Shown piece by piece: positions 1 to 9,477 of a DNA stretch of 64,000 nucleotides. Location of the stretch: the NCBI GenBank assembly GCA_034660175.1, contig JAYEIQ010000016.1:2373-66372 (forward strand), in the 5' to 3' direction. A program made the position numbers and the translations under genes. Source of the DNA: Patescibacteria group bacterium (GTDB lineage: Bacteria > Patescibacteriota > Minisyncoccia > Moranbacterales > DUUL01). Each line of letters starts with the position of its first letter. The first letter of the stretch is position 1. The notes under the pieces are model-generated. The model had not been told where the DNA came from. It ran no database searches and was given only the letters and a program-made list of their open reading frames with translations.

Positions 1-1
1 A

Positions 2-412
2 GCTGATGAAAAGACACAGCAAATACAAACAGAAATGGAACAAACTGACGAAAAGATGGATCCAGAGGAGATCAAAGTTTCGGAAATATCAGGAGTAATT
101 ACCTCTGTTAAGGATGGGAAAATAACATTCAAGACCAGTGTTTACGGGGAAGAGGAGCAAGAAATCGCAATTGTTCTTGATGAAAAAGAAAGAGGGAATA
201 TTATTAAATACAAAACAGAAGAAAGCTCAGAAGATGGGAAATTAGGTGCTGTTTCAAAATTTGCCGTGAAGTATGATGATCTCAAAAGTGGAGACATGTT
301 GACAGTGAGGTTTCCACTGGAGGTTCCGCTCAAGGAGGTTCGTGATGGTGCTTTGCTGATAGAAGAGATCATCGTTGATGATGAATTTGATCAGGATAGT
401 CAAATGGAATAA
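2..412 (+). CDS. Hypothetical protein, C-terminal fragment. The frame is open to the window edge.
   Basis: The reading frame is open from position 2 with no upstream stop, and the acidic C-terminus ends at TAA at 410-412. I recognise no family. Confidence 0.3.
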   Translation, partial: ADEKTQQIQTEMEQTDEKMDPEEIKVSEISGVITSVKDGKITFKTSVYGEEEQEIAIVLDEKERGNIIKYKTEESSEDGKLGAVSKFAVKYDDLKSGDMLTVRFPLEVPLKEVRDGALLIEEIIVDDEFDQDSQME

Positions 413-445
413 TTTTAAAATTTCAATAAGCGATAAAAAACCAAA

Positions 446-1912
446 ATGAAGAAAATTTTCCAAAAAACTCTCTCCATTGCAATTGGAGTGTTATTGTTTT
501 TGTTTGTTGCAGCGGATGTGTGGGCACAAGAGTATGAAGACTGCGGAGACAATTTTTCTGCAAACTATACTTATGAGGGGCTCATTTCTCCTCCAACGAC
601 TACAGGAATCACAATTCCATTGAACAGCGATTTTCGCACAAGGCTCAGATTGACTGCTGAGGGAGACGATGATCTGGATGCAGGAGAAAATGTAGACATT
701 GTTCTTGTAATGGATCGCAGTGGGTCAATGAATTGGACAGTTGATGGAGAAAGAAAAATCAAAAAAGCAAAAGAAGCATTGGTACAAGTTGTGAGTGTTT
801 TTGAAAGTGTAGACAAGCCGGAGAATCGATTGGGTCTTGTGACGTATAATGCAAGTGTGACGCTTGACCAAACTTTGACTTCAAGCTATGACCTGGTGAA
901 CGATGCCGTTGACAGTTTCAGCGCTGGTGGAATGACGAATATTGGAGGTGCTCTGAGCGTTGCAGCAAATCACTTAGACAACAATGGGAATGATGATTCG
1001 AGAAAGTTTATTGTGATTGCAACTGATGGGGTTCACAATACAGGAACTCCTGTTCAAGTCGGGATTTCAAATGTTCCAGATGACATCACAGTTTATTCAG
1101 TGGGCATTGGTGACAGTAGCTATTATGATGAGGATATTTTGACAGCTGTTGCTGGTGCTGGAACAGGTGAAGGTGAATATTATGCATCAGATGTTGCCAA
1201 TCTGACACAAACGTTCGAAGACATTATCAGAGATATTTTGACTCCTTTTCGACCAGAGAATGTTGTTTTGGCATATATCAGAAAAAACATTGACATGTTT
1301 ACCTTGCAAGACACAGATCCAAATCACGACATTGCCTTGAACGATGAAATCACTTGGGAGAATCTTGGTTCGATGGAAAACGGAGACACTCAAGAGATCG
1401 ACATTGACTTTCTTCAGGCTAGTGGTTATGGGATTGATCTGGAGCTGAATCAATCTTTTGTTGAGGTGACGTATGATCTTTTTGGCAGGAGTTGTATCGA
1501 GCAGGTGTCGATTGATGTTGTGAAGATCGACAATCTTCCTCAGTGCACTGGAGCAGTTCCAGCAAATTCACAAATGTGTACAGGAGATGATGCCGGTTTG
1601 ACCGTGAATGTTCCGAGAGAACTTGGGAATAGTTGCACTGAAGAGAAAAAATGTGAATATATTTGTCCACCCCCGTTTGTTTATGAAAATGGTGCCTGCA
1701 GAATTCTTGGAAAGTGTGGACCGCTTGAAGATGAATTGTGGTGTCGTTTGCAACCAAGTGTAGCTCCTTGTTCCGATGGTTTTCCTATGGGTACTCCAGA
1801 AGCAACAGATTCGTTATGGACATGGACGTGCAAAGGGTATTATGGTGGTTCATCGGAACATTGTAATGCGACTAGACTTTGTCCAAAGGACTGGGAAGAA
1901 GTTCTTCCATAA
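446..1912 (+). CDS. Secreted von Willebrand factor type A (VWA) domain protein with a Cys-rich C-terminal region; candidate pilus-tip or surface adhesin.
   Basis: An N-terminal signal peptide (MKKIFQKTLSIAIGVLLFLFVAADVWA) is followed by a MIDAS-type motif DIVLVMDRSGSM with downstream T and D residues typical of VWA folds. The C-terminal ~130 aa are cysteine-rich. Confidence 0.7.
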   Translation: MKKIFQKTLSIAIGVLLFLFVAADVWAQEYEDCGDNFSANYTYEGLISPPTTTGITIPLNSDFRTRLRLTAEGDDDLDAGENVDIVLVMDRSGSMNWTVDGERKIKKAKEALVQVVSVFESVDKPENRLGLVTYNASVTLDQTLTSSYDLVNDAVDSFSAGGMTNIGGALSVAANHLDNNGNDDSRKFIVIATDGVHNTGTPVQVGISNVPDDITVYSVGIGDSSYYDEDILTAVAGAGTGEGEYYASDVANLTQTFEDIIRDILTPFRPENVVLAYIRKNIDMFTLQDTDPNHDIALNDEITWENLGSMENGDTQEIDIDFLQASGYGIDLELNQSFVEVTYDLFGRSCIEQVSIDVVKIDNLPQCTGAVPANSQMCTGDDAGLTVNVPRELGNSCTEEKKCEYICPPPFVYENGACRILGKCGPLEDELWCRLQPSVAPCSDGFPMGTPEATDSLWTWTCKGYYGGSSEHCNATRLCPKDWEEVLP

Positions 1913-2037
1913 TGGCACTTCAAGAAACAAAAAAGGAAGTTCAAAAGATAAACATAGAACACCTTGGGAGGGGTGTTCTATGTTAAAATTTATTGTTCAT
2001 CAACAATAATCGAGCTCTAAATTACTTAAATAAAACA

Positions 2038-2313
2038 ATGGAAAAAATTGAAATCAGACAAAATGTTTCAAGAGAAGAACTTGAAAAAATGGGAGTTTTC
2101 AGTTGGGGAGTTTGGTCAAAAGAAGTTTCAGAATTTCCTTGGTCCTATGATGAAAAGGAAACTTGTTATATTCTTGAAGGAGAGGCAGCGATTGTTTCTG
2201 GTGATGGCAAGCAAGAGACAATCAGAAAAGGGGACTTGGTGGTGTTTGATTCTGGTTTGCAGTGCACTTGGAAAATAACGAAGCCAATAAAGAAACATTT
2301 CAAATTTGGATGA
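2038..2313 (+). CDS. Small cupin-fold protein (cupin_3/DUF861-like).
   Basis: A 91-aa product starts at the internal Met MEKIEIRQ. The pattern W..E...EFPW.Y...E.CYILEG...V..DG....I..GDLVVF..G..C.W is typical of small cupins. Confidence 0.55.
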   Translation: MEKIEIRQNVSREELEKMGVFSWGVWSKEVSEFPWSYDEKETCYILEGEAAIVSGDGKQETIRKGDLVVFDSGLQCTWKITKPIKKHFKFG

Positions 2314-2345
2314 AAAAAGCACAAAAACTAACATTTTGAGCTGTT

Positions 2346-2386
2346 GAAAACTTGTCCTTGACAAGTTTTCTTGCTGAGGATAAAAT
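2346..2386 (+). promoter_or_regulatory. Perfect 11-bp-arm palindrome (GAAAACTTGTC ctt GACAAGTTTTC) overlapping a sigma70-like promoter (TTGACA, 17 nt, TAAAAT).
   Basis: The palindrome spans 2346-2370. The -35 TTGACA lies at 2358-2363, the spacer is 17 nt, and the -10 TAAAAT lies at 2381-2386. Confidence 0.35.
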
Positions 2387-2415
2387 TGACACTGTTTTCA
2401 CAAAATAAAATTGCA

Positions 2416-2437
2416 GTTCCATTAGGAACGCTTTTTT
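2416..2437 (+). terminator. Rho-independent terminator-like hairpin (GTTCC atta GGAAC) followed by a T6 run.
   Basis: A 5-bp GC-containing stem with a 4-nt loop and TTTTTT lies about 45 nt downstream of the promoter at 2358-2386. Confidence 0.45.
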
Positions 2438-2667
2438 ATTTTGTGTTGCGATCCGTGCTTTTGGGGTTCGCAAGCAAATCAAAACAAAATATCAAAAACA
2501 AAAAAGCAAAAACTATTGAAGCAGACTAGGATTGGTCGGTTTTGGATGCCTTTTTCCCACTGGTTATCACAACTGATTTCCGTGCTTCGAGCATGTCGTC
2601 TCTGATGTGTGATAATCAATAAACAAAAATTATTCGAAAAAAAATTTGGACGATTGTCGGTCTTTTT

Positions 2668-3483
2668 GTGGGTTTTACTGCAATGATCGGCATGTTGATT
2701 GTTCTTGTTCCTGATGCGCAGGGCAGTGAACTTTCTTCTGGTGAATTGCTTGCTCAGTTTGAAGAAAACTATTCGAAAAAACAACGAATTAAATTTTCAG
2801 TTAAGCAGAACGAGAATCAGAGTAGCTTGATTCCTTTAAATCTCAGCGAGCTCATTGAAGACGAAAAAAGACTTTTCAAAAAGAAAGGTTGGCAATGGCA
2901 AGAAATTAAGGAGGCTGTTGATTTTGCTGCAAACAAGACAGGAGTCAGAAAGAACTTTCTTATTGGGATGCTTGTGGTTGAATCAGATCTTGGCAGGAAT
3001 ATGGGGAAGTGTTCATATGTGGAAGTTGAAAATGGGGCAAACGATTCATACAGACAAGGGCGTCTGTCTTTGAGATCCTGGAGAACGTTTCTCAGAAGAA
3101 GAGGCTTGGTGCGGAGAATTGCGAGAAATTTGGGATATGACTATAAAGAACTTCGGGTTTCATGCAATCCTTCTCGCTATGTTGGCACTGGTGGTGCGAT
3201 GGGAGTTTCTCAATTCATGCCTGATACTTGGATGGAGTATGAAAGAAGAGTTTCTCGAATAGTTGGTAAAAGACATCCTGATCCATGGAACTTGCGTGAC
3301 GGAATTGTGGCTATGGCATTGAAACTGTCTGATGTGCCAGGTGTAACCGATCACAACATTGTATCAGAGCGAAATGCAGCAAAACTTTATTTATCAGGAA
3401 CAACTTCTCGACGATATGACTGGTATGCCAATCGTATTCAGTATTGGGAAACGAACTATCGATATTTGTTGGCGCAAGCTTGA
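2668..3483 (+). CDS. Lytic murein transglycosylase, MltB/SLT_2-like (VirB1-like function possible).
   Basis: An N-terminal signal/anchor is present. The motif GAMGVSQFMPDTW matches the GxMQFxPxTW signature of family-3 lytic transglycosylases, and an upstream E-S/ES-type region is present. Confidence 0.7.
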   Translation: MGFTAMIGMLIVLVPDAQGSELSSGELLAQFEENYSKKQRIKFSVKQNENQSSLIPLNLSELIEDEKRLFKKKGWQWQEIKEAVDFAANKTGVRKNFLIGMLVVESDLGRNMGKCSYVEVENGANDSYRQGRLSLRSWRTFLRRRGLVRRIARNLGYDYKELRVSCNPSRYVGTGGAMGVSQFMPDTWMEYERRVSRIVGKRHPDPWNLRDGIVAMALKLSDVPGVTDHNIVSERNAAKLYLSGTTSRRYDWYANRIQYWETNYRYLLAQA

Positions 3484-3521
3484 GAAAGGGAAGTGTAAAA
3501 TTTTTCTGATCACAAGCAAAA

Positions 3522-3545
3522 ACACCCTCGCGGGTGTTTTTCGTT
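3522..3545 (+). terminator. Rho-independent terminator (ACACCC tcgc GGGTGT + T-run).
   Basis: A GC stem and T5 run sit immediately after the transglycosylase stop. Confidence 0.6.
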
Positions 3546-3622
3546 TTTCATGTTATAATATGCAAAATAGCATACAACTGTCATGTTGTGTTGCAGATGT
3601 TGTTTAAGCAGTAAAACTATTC

Positions 3623-4156
3623 TTGATGAAAAAAAATAAAAATAAAAAAGTTTTTTTTCGGACATTGCCTATTTTCATTTTGGCATTGATCTTGTTTCAA
3701 GGTGTTTCTTTTGCGCAAGCGCAGATTTGTCCTGCAGTTCGAGAAGGTTTTCCAGGTGATATCATAGTGTTTTCTCAGTCCATTGTTCCTTGCTCGAGAG
3801 ATTGCGATGTTGCATCAACTCCATACAACGAGACTCATCAATGCACTCTTTGTCATTTGATTGTGATGGTCCACAATATCTATAACTTGATGGTTGCTAT
3901 GCTTCTCACAGTTTCTCTATTTTTTGTGACGATGGGTGGTGTGTTGTATATTGTTTCCTCTGGAAATTCTGCTCTTCGGTCAAAAGCCAAAGAAATCATC
4001 ATCAAAACATTGATTGGCTTTGCTTTGTTTCTTTTGACTTGGCTCATTATCTACACTCTTTTGGTGGTTATTTCTGCTAATGAAAATGCGCTCGGGTTGG
4101 GTCGAAGTGGAGGAAATTGGTATGATTTTTCTTGTGACACAAACAGCGTTTTTTAA
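3623..4156 (+). CDS. TrbC/VirB2-like pilin-family membrane protein of the CPR-type pilin-like family.
   Basis: A signal peptide is followed by a Cys-containing segment (ICPA...VPCSRDCD...CTLC) and two C-terminal hydrophobic helices separated by SSGNSALRSKAKEIIIK. This architecture matches TrbC/VirB2-family proteins, from recalled family patterns rather than a database search. Confidence 0.55.
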   Translation: MMKKNKNKKVFFRTLPIFILALILFQGVSFAQAQICPAVREGFPGDIIVFSQSIVPCSRDCDVASTPYNETHQCTLCHLIVMVHNIYNLMVAMLLTVSLFFVTMGGVLYIVSSGNSALRSKAKEIIIKTLIGFALFLLTWLIIYTLLVVISANENALGLGRSGGNWYDFSCDTNSVF

Positions 4157-4177
4157 TATGAAAAAAGACAAAAGATC

Positions 4178-4831
4178 GTGATTCAAAAGCTCAAAAAGAA
4201 ACAGGAAAAAAGGAGGCGCAAAAAAAGTGCGTGGAAGCTTTGTGTTTTTTGGACGGTTCTTTTCGTATTCTCATGTCTTTTTATTTGTCACGGAGCTTTC
4301 GCAGCCCACACATCAACGGAGAAAAATTTGGGTCTTGTTCTTAGCAATATTGTTGTAGAAAAAGGAACTGAAAGTCCAGTAAGTACCAAAATCTATCCAG
4401 GATACACCATGTCATTTGACGTTGCTATTGTTTCTGGTTTTGCTGACGAACAAGAGCCAGTTATGTTTGAATATTCAGTAATAGACGATAATGATGAGAT
4501 GATATATTCGATTGGAGAGCAGAGAAAAATTGGGAAAGAGAATGTTTTTACGAAGAGAATGACATTGCCGTCAGATATCGAGCCTGGAACCTATAAATTG
4601 AGAATAAAATCGGTAATAGACGAGCAAAGCATGACGCAGGAGCAATTTTTTGAAATAGAACAAAGTCCAGTTGTCACAATCAAAGAAAGTGGTAAATATG
4701 TTTTAGTTACACTAGTGACTGAAAATAGTTGGTTTTTTGGAGGAATGATTGTTAGTTTTTTGATTATTTTCTTTTTTGTTGGTGTGTTTGTTGTTCACAA
4801 GAAGAACCAAGTCAGATCACATACAAGGTAA
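4178..4831 (+). CDS. Hypothetical type-I membrane/surface protein.
   Basis: A basic N-terminus and a signal/anchor helix precede a ~140-aa extracellular domain. A C-terminal transmembrane helix and a basic tail (HKKNQVRSHTR) follow. Confidence 0.45.
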   Translation: MIQKLKKKQEKRRRKKSAWKLCVFWTVLFVFSCLFICHGAFAAHTSTEKNLGLVLSNIVVEKGTESPVSTKIYPGYTMSFDVAIVSGFADEQEPVMFEYSVIDDNDEMIYSIGEQRKIGKENVFTKRMTLPSDIEPGTYKLRIKSVIDEQSMTQEQFFEIEQSPVVTIKESGKYVLVTLVTENSWFFGGMIVSFLIIFFFVGVFVVHKKNQVRSHTR

Positions 4832-5161
4832 TAGTTGGCAAAGAGTTTTTCTGCGATCTTGAGTTTTCAGGGTGGCTTTTTCTATTGTGTGGTTTACTAC
4901 AAGTATGTTCCAAGAAAGGAGACGATTTGAGGATGATTTTTTCTTTGAGCGAGAAGGATAATTGTGCTAAAATAAATCTGCGTAGAATAAAAAAGTTGTT
5001 TCAGGAAGTGACAAATATAAACAAAAACAACTCAGAAAGCAGAGGGATGAACCGTTGAACTTTTGGGGTGGTTTTTGTATAACGTAAACTAGACAGAAAT
5101 GTCAAAGCTGTCTATGAACGACAACTCAATGAAGAAAAAAATAAAACTATAAACAAATTGA

Positions 5162-6121
5162 ATGAATATAATGCAAAAAATAGTTACACTCACTGTGTTT
5201 CTGAGCTTTATGATTCCAATTGTTGTGCTTGGCAGGAGCTATGACATTTATGTTGACGCAAGCAATGATAGTGGAACTGAAGATGGAACAAGCGCAAATC
5301 CATATAACACTATCTCAGAAGGAATTTCAGCTGCTCTCTTGAATGATGAAGATGGAAGAGAGGTTTATGTTGCTAATGGGGAATATCAAGAGCAAGTTCA
5401 CGTAGAAGAAGATGTCGAGCTTTTTGGTGAAGATCGTTCAAATACAATAATTATTGGTCGAGATAGAGACGATGATGATTTTTCCTATGCTGTAAAGATG
5501 GAACATGGCACGAAAATTGAGGATTTCACCGTTAAATATGGGAATACAGGTATTTTGGTCGAAGAAGATTCAAGGGCAACAATTGAGCATTGCAAAATTA
5601 AAAGTTTTGATAAGATAGGCGTTGAAGTTCTCAGTGCTGATCGCAACAACAAAAAGATTTTTACAATGGAGGATTGCAAGATCTATAAAGGTGATGGTAA
5701 GGCTATGTATATAAGAAAAAGAAAGATAGATATTCGAGACAACAAAATCTATGACAATGAAGAGGAGGGGATCGATCTGCGTTCCAAGGTGAAGGGAAAG
5801 ATCTATGACAATGAGATCTATGACAACGGAGAAAGTGGAATTGAATTTGAAATGAGAAAAACAAAGTTGAAAATTAAGGGTAACAAGATCAAATCAAATG
5901 ATTCAAGTGCGATCACTGCTCAATATCGAGGGAAGAATGAGGGTGGAGAAGTGTTGATTGAAGACAATAAGCTCAAGAAAAATGATGAGTTTGCCCTGAG
6001 TTGTAATAACCCTCAAGGTGGAGTGCCACCAGTTTATTATTTTTCCAGTTCGATCACGATGCTGGAAAATGCGTTATCGAAAAATGATAGTGGAAGCTAT
6101 GCTCCAATGTGTCAATTTTAA
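5162..6121 (+). CDS. Secreted right-handed parallel beta-helix repeat protein (pectate-lyase/NosD-like fold).
   Basis: A signal peptide is present. Repeated ...IYDNE..GI.. units (KIYDNEEEGIDL / KIYDNEIYDNGESGIEF) are typical of PbH1 beta-helix repeats. Confidence 0.5.
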   Translation: MNIMQKIVTLTVFLSFMIPIVVLGRSYDIYVDASNDSGTEDGTSANPYNTISEGISAALLNDEDGREVYVANGEYQEQVHVEEDVELFGEDRSNTIIIGRDRDDDDFSYAVKMEHGTKIEDFTVKYGNTGILVEEDSRATIEHCKIKSFDKIGVEVLSADRNNKKIFTMEDCKIYKGDGKAMYIRKRKIDIRDNKIYDNEEEGIDLRSKVKGKIYDNEIYDNGESGIEFEMRKTKLKIKGNKIKSNDSSAITAQYRGKNEGGEVLIEDNKLKKNDEFALSCNNPQGGVPPVYYFSSSITMLENALSKNDSGSYAPMCQF

Positions 6122-6305
6122 GTGAAAAAATCGCTTGTCATGAATATTGAAAAAGATGCAGTTTCAGCTGCTCTTTTTTTTGTGGAATTTGTGAAAATAG
6201 TGTATAATTTTATTGAAAAGACAAAAATAAAAACCCAGTCCCAGCACGATTTATGTCAAGTTGATATAAAGTTTTTCTTGTGTTGTGGATTTTTGGAGGG
6301 TGCTA

Positions 6306-7784
6306 ATGATAAACAAAAAACAAAAAAAGAATTCAAAAGGATTTATTGCTGCATATGTACTTATTGCGGCTGCGGTTGTGATCACGTTGCTTGGCGGATT
6401 GCTTGTTTTTGTTGGTTCGTCGCAAAGAAGAGCTTCGGATGAAGTATCTCGTCAACAAGCTTTGCAAATCGCGGAGAGTGGAATTTATTTCTATAAATGG
6501 TATCTTTCTCACAGTTTGGATGGAAAAACTGCTCAGCAAATAAAGAACTTCTGGGAAGGCGGAACTGCTTATGGATATTCTGTGCCATATGAACAAGAGG
6601 TGACGGACAATGATGCAACTCCAATTGGAAGATATAGAATCAATGTTTCAGTTCCTCGACCTGATTCAACAATTGTTATGGTGACTTCGGAGGGTTGGAC
6701 ATATAAACATCCAGGCATTGTTAAATCTGTTCAGGTTCGTTTTCGCAGGCCATCTTGGAGCGAGTATTCAGTTTTAGCTAATGATGTGATGAGATTTGGA
6801 GAGGGCACACACGTTTATGGACCGATACATTCAAACAATGGTATTCGTTTTGATGGAATTGCTCATAATCTTGTTTCTTCTTCAGTTGAGGATTATTGGG
6901 ATCCTGACACAAGCTCTACTTGTGATGGTGTTTGGACGTCACAGTCCGATGAAGATGCAACCTTTCTTGCGGGAAAGGAGTTTCCAGTGGCATCTGTTGA
7001 TTTTGGGAGTGTGGTCACAGATCTTGCGCTTATTAAATCAGAGGCTCAGGCTGACGGACTCTATCTTGGCGGAGATACCTATGAGGAGTCAGTTTGTGGA
7101 TGGACTTGGATAGGTCCACCTTGGCCTTGGTGGGATTGGCAATGTTCCACGAACAATGTTCCTGTTGAGGGATATCATCTCACGCTTCGAACTGATGATC
7201 GTGTTGAAGTCAGATTGGTGACTGATTCAGGTTCATCTTCTCACAGAATATATGACGAAACAGGCGCAACTACATATGATTTTCCAAACAATGGACTTGT
7301 CTTTGTTGAAAATCATGTTTGGGTTGATGGTCAGATAGACGGTTATCACCTGACTGTTGCTTCTGGCGATCTTGAACAAGCAGGAGTTGACACTGATGTT
7401 TATATCAATAATGATATCACATACACCAATACAGATGGGACGGATATTATAGGCTTGATTGCCGAGAATGATGTTTCAGTAGGTCTCTATTCTGAGGATA
7501 ATCTTGAAATCCATGCAGCTCTGCTCGCTCAAAATGGAAGAGTTGGTCGCGATTACTATAATTTCGGTACTTCAGCGACATACTATAAAAGAGATACAAT
7601 TACCGTTTATGGTTCAATAGCAACCAATCAACGATATGGATTCAGATGGATTTGCGGAGGAAATACTTATTGTAGTGGCTATTTGAACAGGAACTTGCAT
7701 TTTGATAACAATCTGCTGTATTTCCCGCCACCATTTTTTCCAACTGGAACTACTTATGAGCTTGATCTATGGGAAGATTTGTAG
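6306..7784 (+). CDS. PilX-like (PilX_N domain) large pilus-associated/minor-pilin-like protein.
   Basis: A GGAGGG SD lies 7 nt upstream of the ATG at 6306. The N-terminus has a hydrophobic helix followed by SSQRRASDEVSRQQALQIAESGI, which resembles the PilX N-terminal pattern. A large beta-rich secreted domain follows. Confidence 0.45.
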   Translation: MINKKQKKNSKGFIAAYVLIAAAVVITLLGGLLVFVGSSQRRASDEVSRQQALQIAESGIYFYKWYLSHSLDGKTAQQIKNFWEGGTAYGYSVPYEQEVTDNDATPIGRYRINVSVPRPDSTIVMVTSEGWTYKHPGIVKSVQVRFRRPSWSEYSVLANDVMRFGEGTHVYGPIHSNNGIRFDGIAHNLVSSSVEDYWDPDTSSTCDGVWTSQSDEDATFLAGKEFPVASVDFGSVVTDLALIKSEAQADGLYLGGDTYEESVCGWTWIGPPWPWWDWQCSTNNVPVEGYHLTLRTDDRVEVRLVTDSGSSSHRIYDETGATTYDFPNNGLVFVENHVWVDGQIDGYHLTVASGDLEQAGVDTDVYINNDITYTNTDGTDIIGLIAENDVSVGLYSEDNLEIHAALLAQNGRVGRDYYNFGTSATYYKRDTITVYGSIATNQRYGFRWICGGNTYCSGYLNRNLHFDNNLLYFPPPFFPTGTTYELDLWEDL

Positions 7785-7839
7785 GACTTGACAGTTCAGA
7801 TCTTGAAAATAATAGAACAAAAAGAAACGCAGAAAAATC

Positions 7840-8931
7840 ATGCCGAAAATGACATTCAAAAATTATCTTGCATACCTATCTGAACCACGTACGTTTGGTG
7901 TTGATATAAATGACAACGAAATCAAAGTTTTTGAAATTGAAAAAAATAAAGAAAAACATAAAATTGTTGGTTGGAATAAACGAAGACTACCAAAGGGCAT
8001 CGTTGAGGATTGCGAGATTCTTGATAAAGAAAAATTTTCCGAAGTTTTTTTTGATGCAGTTGGAAATTCTGAGGGAAAAAAGCTGAAGGGGAAGGCTGTT
8101 ATTGTCTCAATTCCTGAGAACAAGGTTTTTTTGAGAATCATCAAGATTCCAAAGATGTCTGAAGAGGAGTTGTGTGAAGCAATAAAATGGGAGGTAGAAG
8201 CGAACATTCCAATCTCGGCTAGTGAGGTTTATTATGATTGGCAGATTGTTGACAAGGGGAAGAAAGAAATGAGAGTGCTTGTTGCTGCGTCTCCAAGAAA
8301 AGTAGTTGACAGCTTGATCAGCACATATGAGCAAATTGGATATAAGGTTTGTGTTTTGGAAGCAGATTCAATAGCAACAGGAAGGAGCGTTTTGTCAAAA
8401 AAAGACAAGCGTCCTGTTCTTTTGGTAGACATTGGAATCGAAGGCACTGGATACTTCATTTTTTCTGGAGGTTATCCTGTTTTTTCATCTGGAGGTTCTG
8501 TTTCTGGAAACTTATTCACTGATGCTGTTTCAAAATACTATGGATTGGAATGGAAAAAAGCCGAGCAATACAAGATGAAAATGGGACTGGGGACTAATAA
8601 AAAAGAAAGAGAAGATGTTTTCAGGGTTTATAGTGGATTGTTGTCAACATTGGTTCAGGAGATTGAAAAGACTATAAATTTTTATGACGAAAATTTGAGT
8701 ATAGATAACGAGAAAGTGGAAAAAGTTGTTCTTTGCGGTGGCGGTTCAAATCTTAGAGGACTTTTGCCATATTTAGCAATTCATCTTAAGCGTCAAGTTG
8801 TCCAAGGAAGTCCTTGGGAAAATGTGCATCTTGGAAAAGAGATTCCGCCTATATCAAAAGAGGAAGCTCAAAGTTATATAACTGTTATTGGTCTCGCTCT
8901 TAGAAACTGTCAAAATGGATATTTTAATTAA
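7840..8931 (+). CDS. pilM: Type IV pilus assembly protein PilM (actin-like ATPase fold).
   Basis: The 363-aa length, the FGVDINDNEIKV N-terminus, internal glycine-rich actin-fold motifs and the position ahead of pilN/pilO support this call. Confidence 0.75.
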   Translation: MPKMTFKNYLAYLSEPRTFGVDINDNEIKVFEIEKNKEKHKIVGWNKRRLPKGIVEDCEILDKEKFSEVFFDAVGNSEGKKLKGKAVIVSIPENKVFLRIIKIPKMSEEELCEAIKWEVEANIPISASEVYYDWQIVDKGKKEMRVLVAASPRKVVDSLISTYEQIGYKVCVLEADSIATGRSVLSKKDKRPVLLVDIGIEGTGYFIFSGGYPVFSSGGSVSGNLFTDAVSKYYGLEWKKAEQYKMKMGLGTNKKEREDVFRVYSGLLSTLVQEIEKTINFYDENLSIDNEKVEKVVLCGGGSNLRGLLPYLAIHLKRQVVQGSPWENVHLGKEIPPISKEEAQSYITVIGLALRNCQNGYFN

Positions 8932-9454
8932 TCTTCTTTCTCCTACCGAGAAGGAAGAGATAAAAAATTTACGCAGAGTTGGCGTTATTTTGAAAATTGG
9001 TTTTTCAGCAATTTGTGCAATGGGAGTTTTTGTTGTTTTTCTTTTTTTCACTATGAAGGCGATTCAAATTCAGCAAGATGTTGTGCTGAAAGAAATTGCT
9101 CGCTTTGAACAATCGTTTTCATATAAAGAGGTGAAAGTGGCGCAAGAGGCTTTGAGAGAATATAGCAAAACTGCATCCAAGGTTAAGAATGGCTTGAGCA
9201 ATCAGAAATTGAGGTGGGAACTGGTTTCTGAAATAAGTGCGGTCATTCCTAATGATATAAAAATTGTTGAATTCTCGGTTGATTCAAAAGACGTGTTGAC
9301 TTTAAATGGCATAGCTTATACACGAGATGCTTTGTTGCAGTTGCAAGAGGAACTTGAAGGAATTGAAAGAATTACAAAAATTGAATCTCCGATTTCAAAT
9401 TTTGTTGCAGACAAAGATGTCGAGTTTGAATTTACCGCAGAGATTAAAAAATAG
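8915..9454 (+). CDS. pilN: Type IV pilus assembly protein PilN.
   Basis: A short cytoplasmic N-terminus and a single transmembrane helix (VGVILKIGFSAICAMGVFVVFLFF) precede a periplasmic domain. The start overlaps the pilM stop. The alternative start at 8888 is less likely. Confidence 0.6.
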   Translation: MDILINLLSPTEKEEIKNLRRVGVILKIGFSAICAMGVFVVFLFFTMKAIQIQQDVVLKEIARFEQSFSYKEVKVAQEALREYSKTASKVKNGLSNQKLRWELVSEISAVIPNDIKIVEFSVDSKDVLTLNGIAYTRDALLQLQEELEGIERITKIESPISNFVADKDVEFEFTAEIKK

Positions 9455-9477
9455 GAATTTTTTATAATTACTGAATT

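Noticed and set aside
6122-6442. A 106-aa Cys-rich ORF (…CCICTYCGCGCDH…) starting with GTG right after the previous stop.
   Set aside because: It has no SD. Its 3' half overlaps the PilX-like gene, which has a clear SD, in another frame. Its composition is an artefact of the alternative frame.
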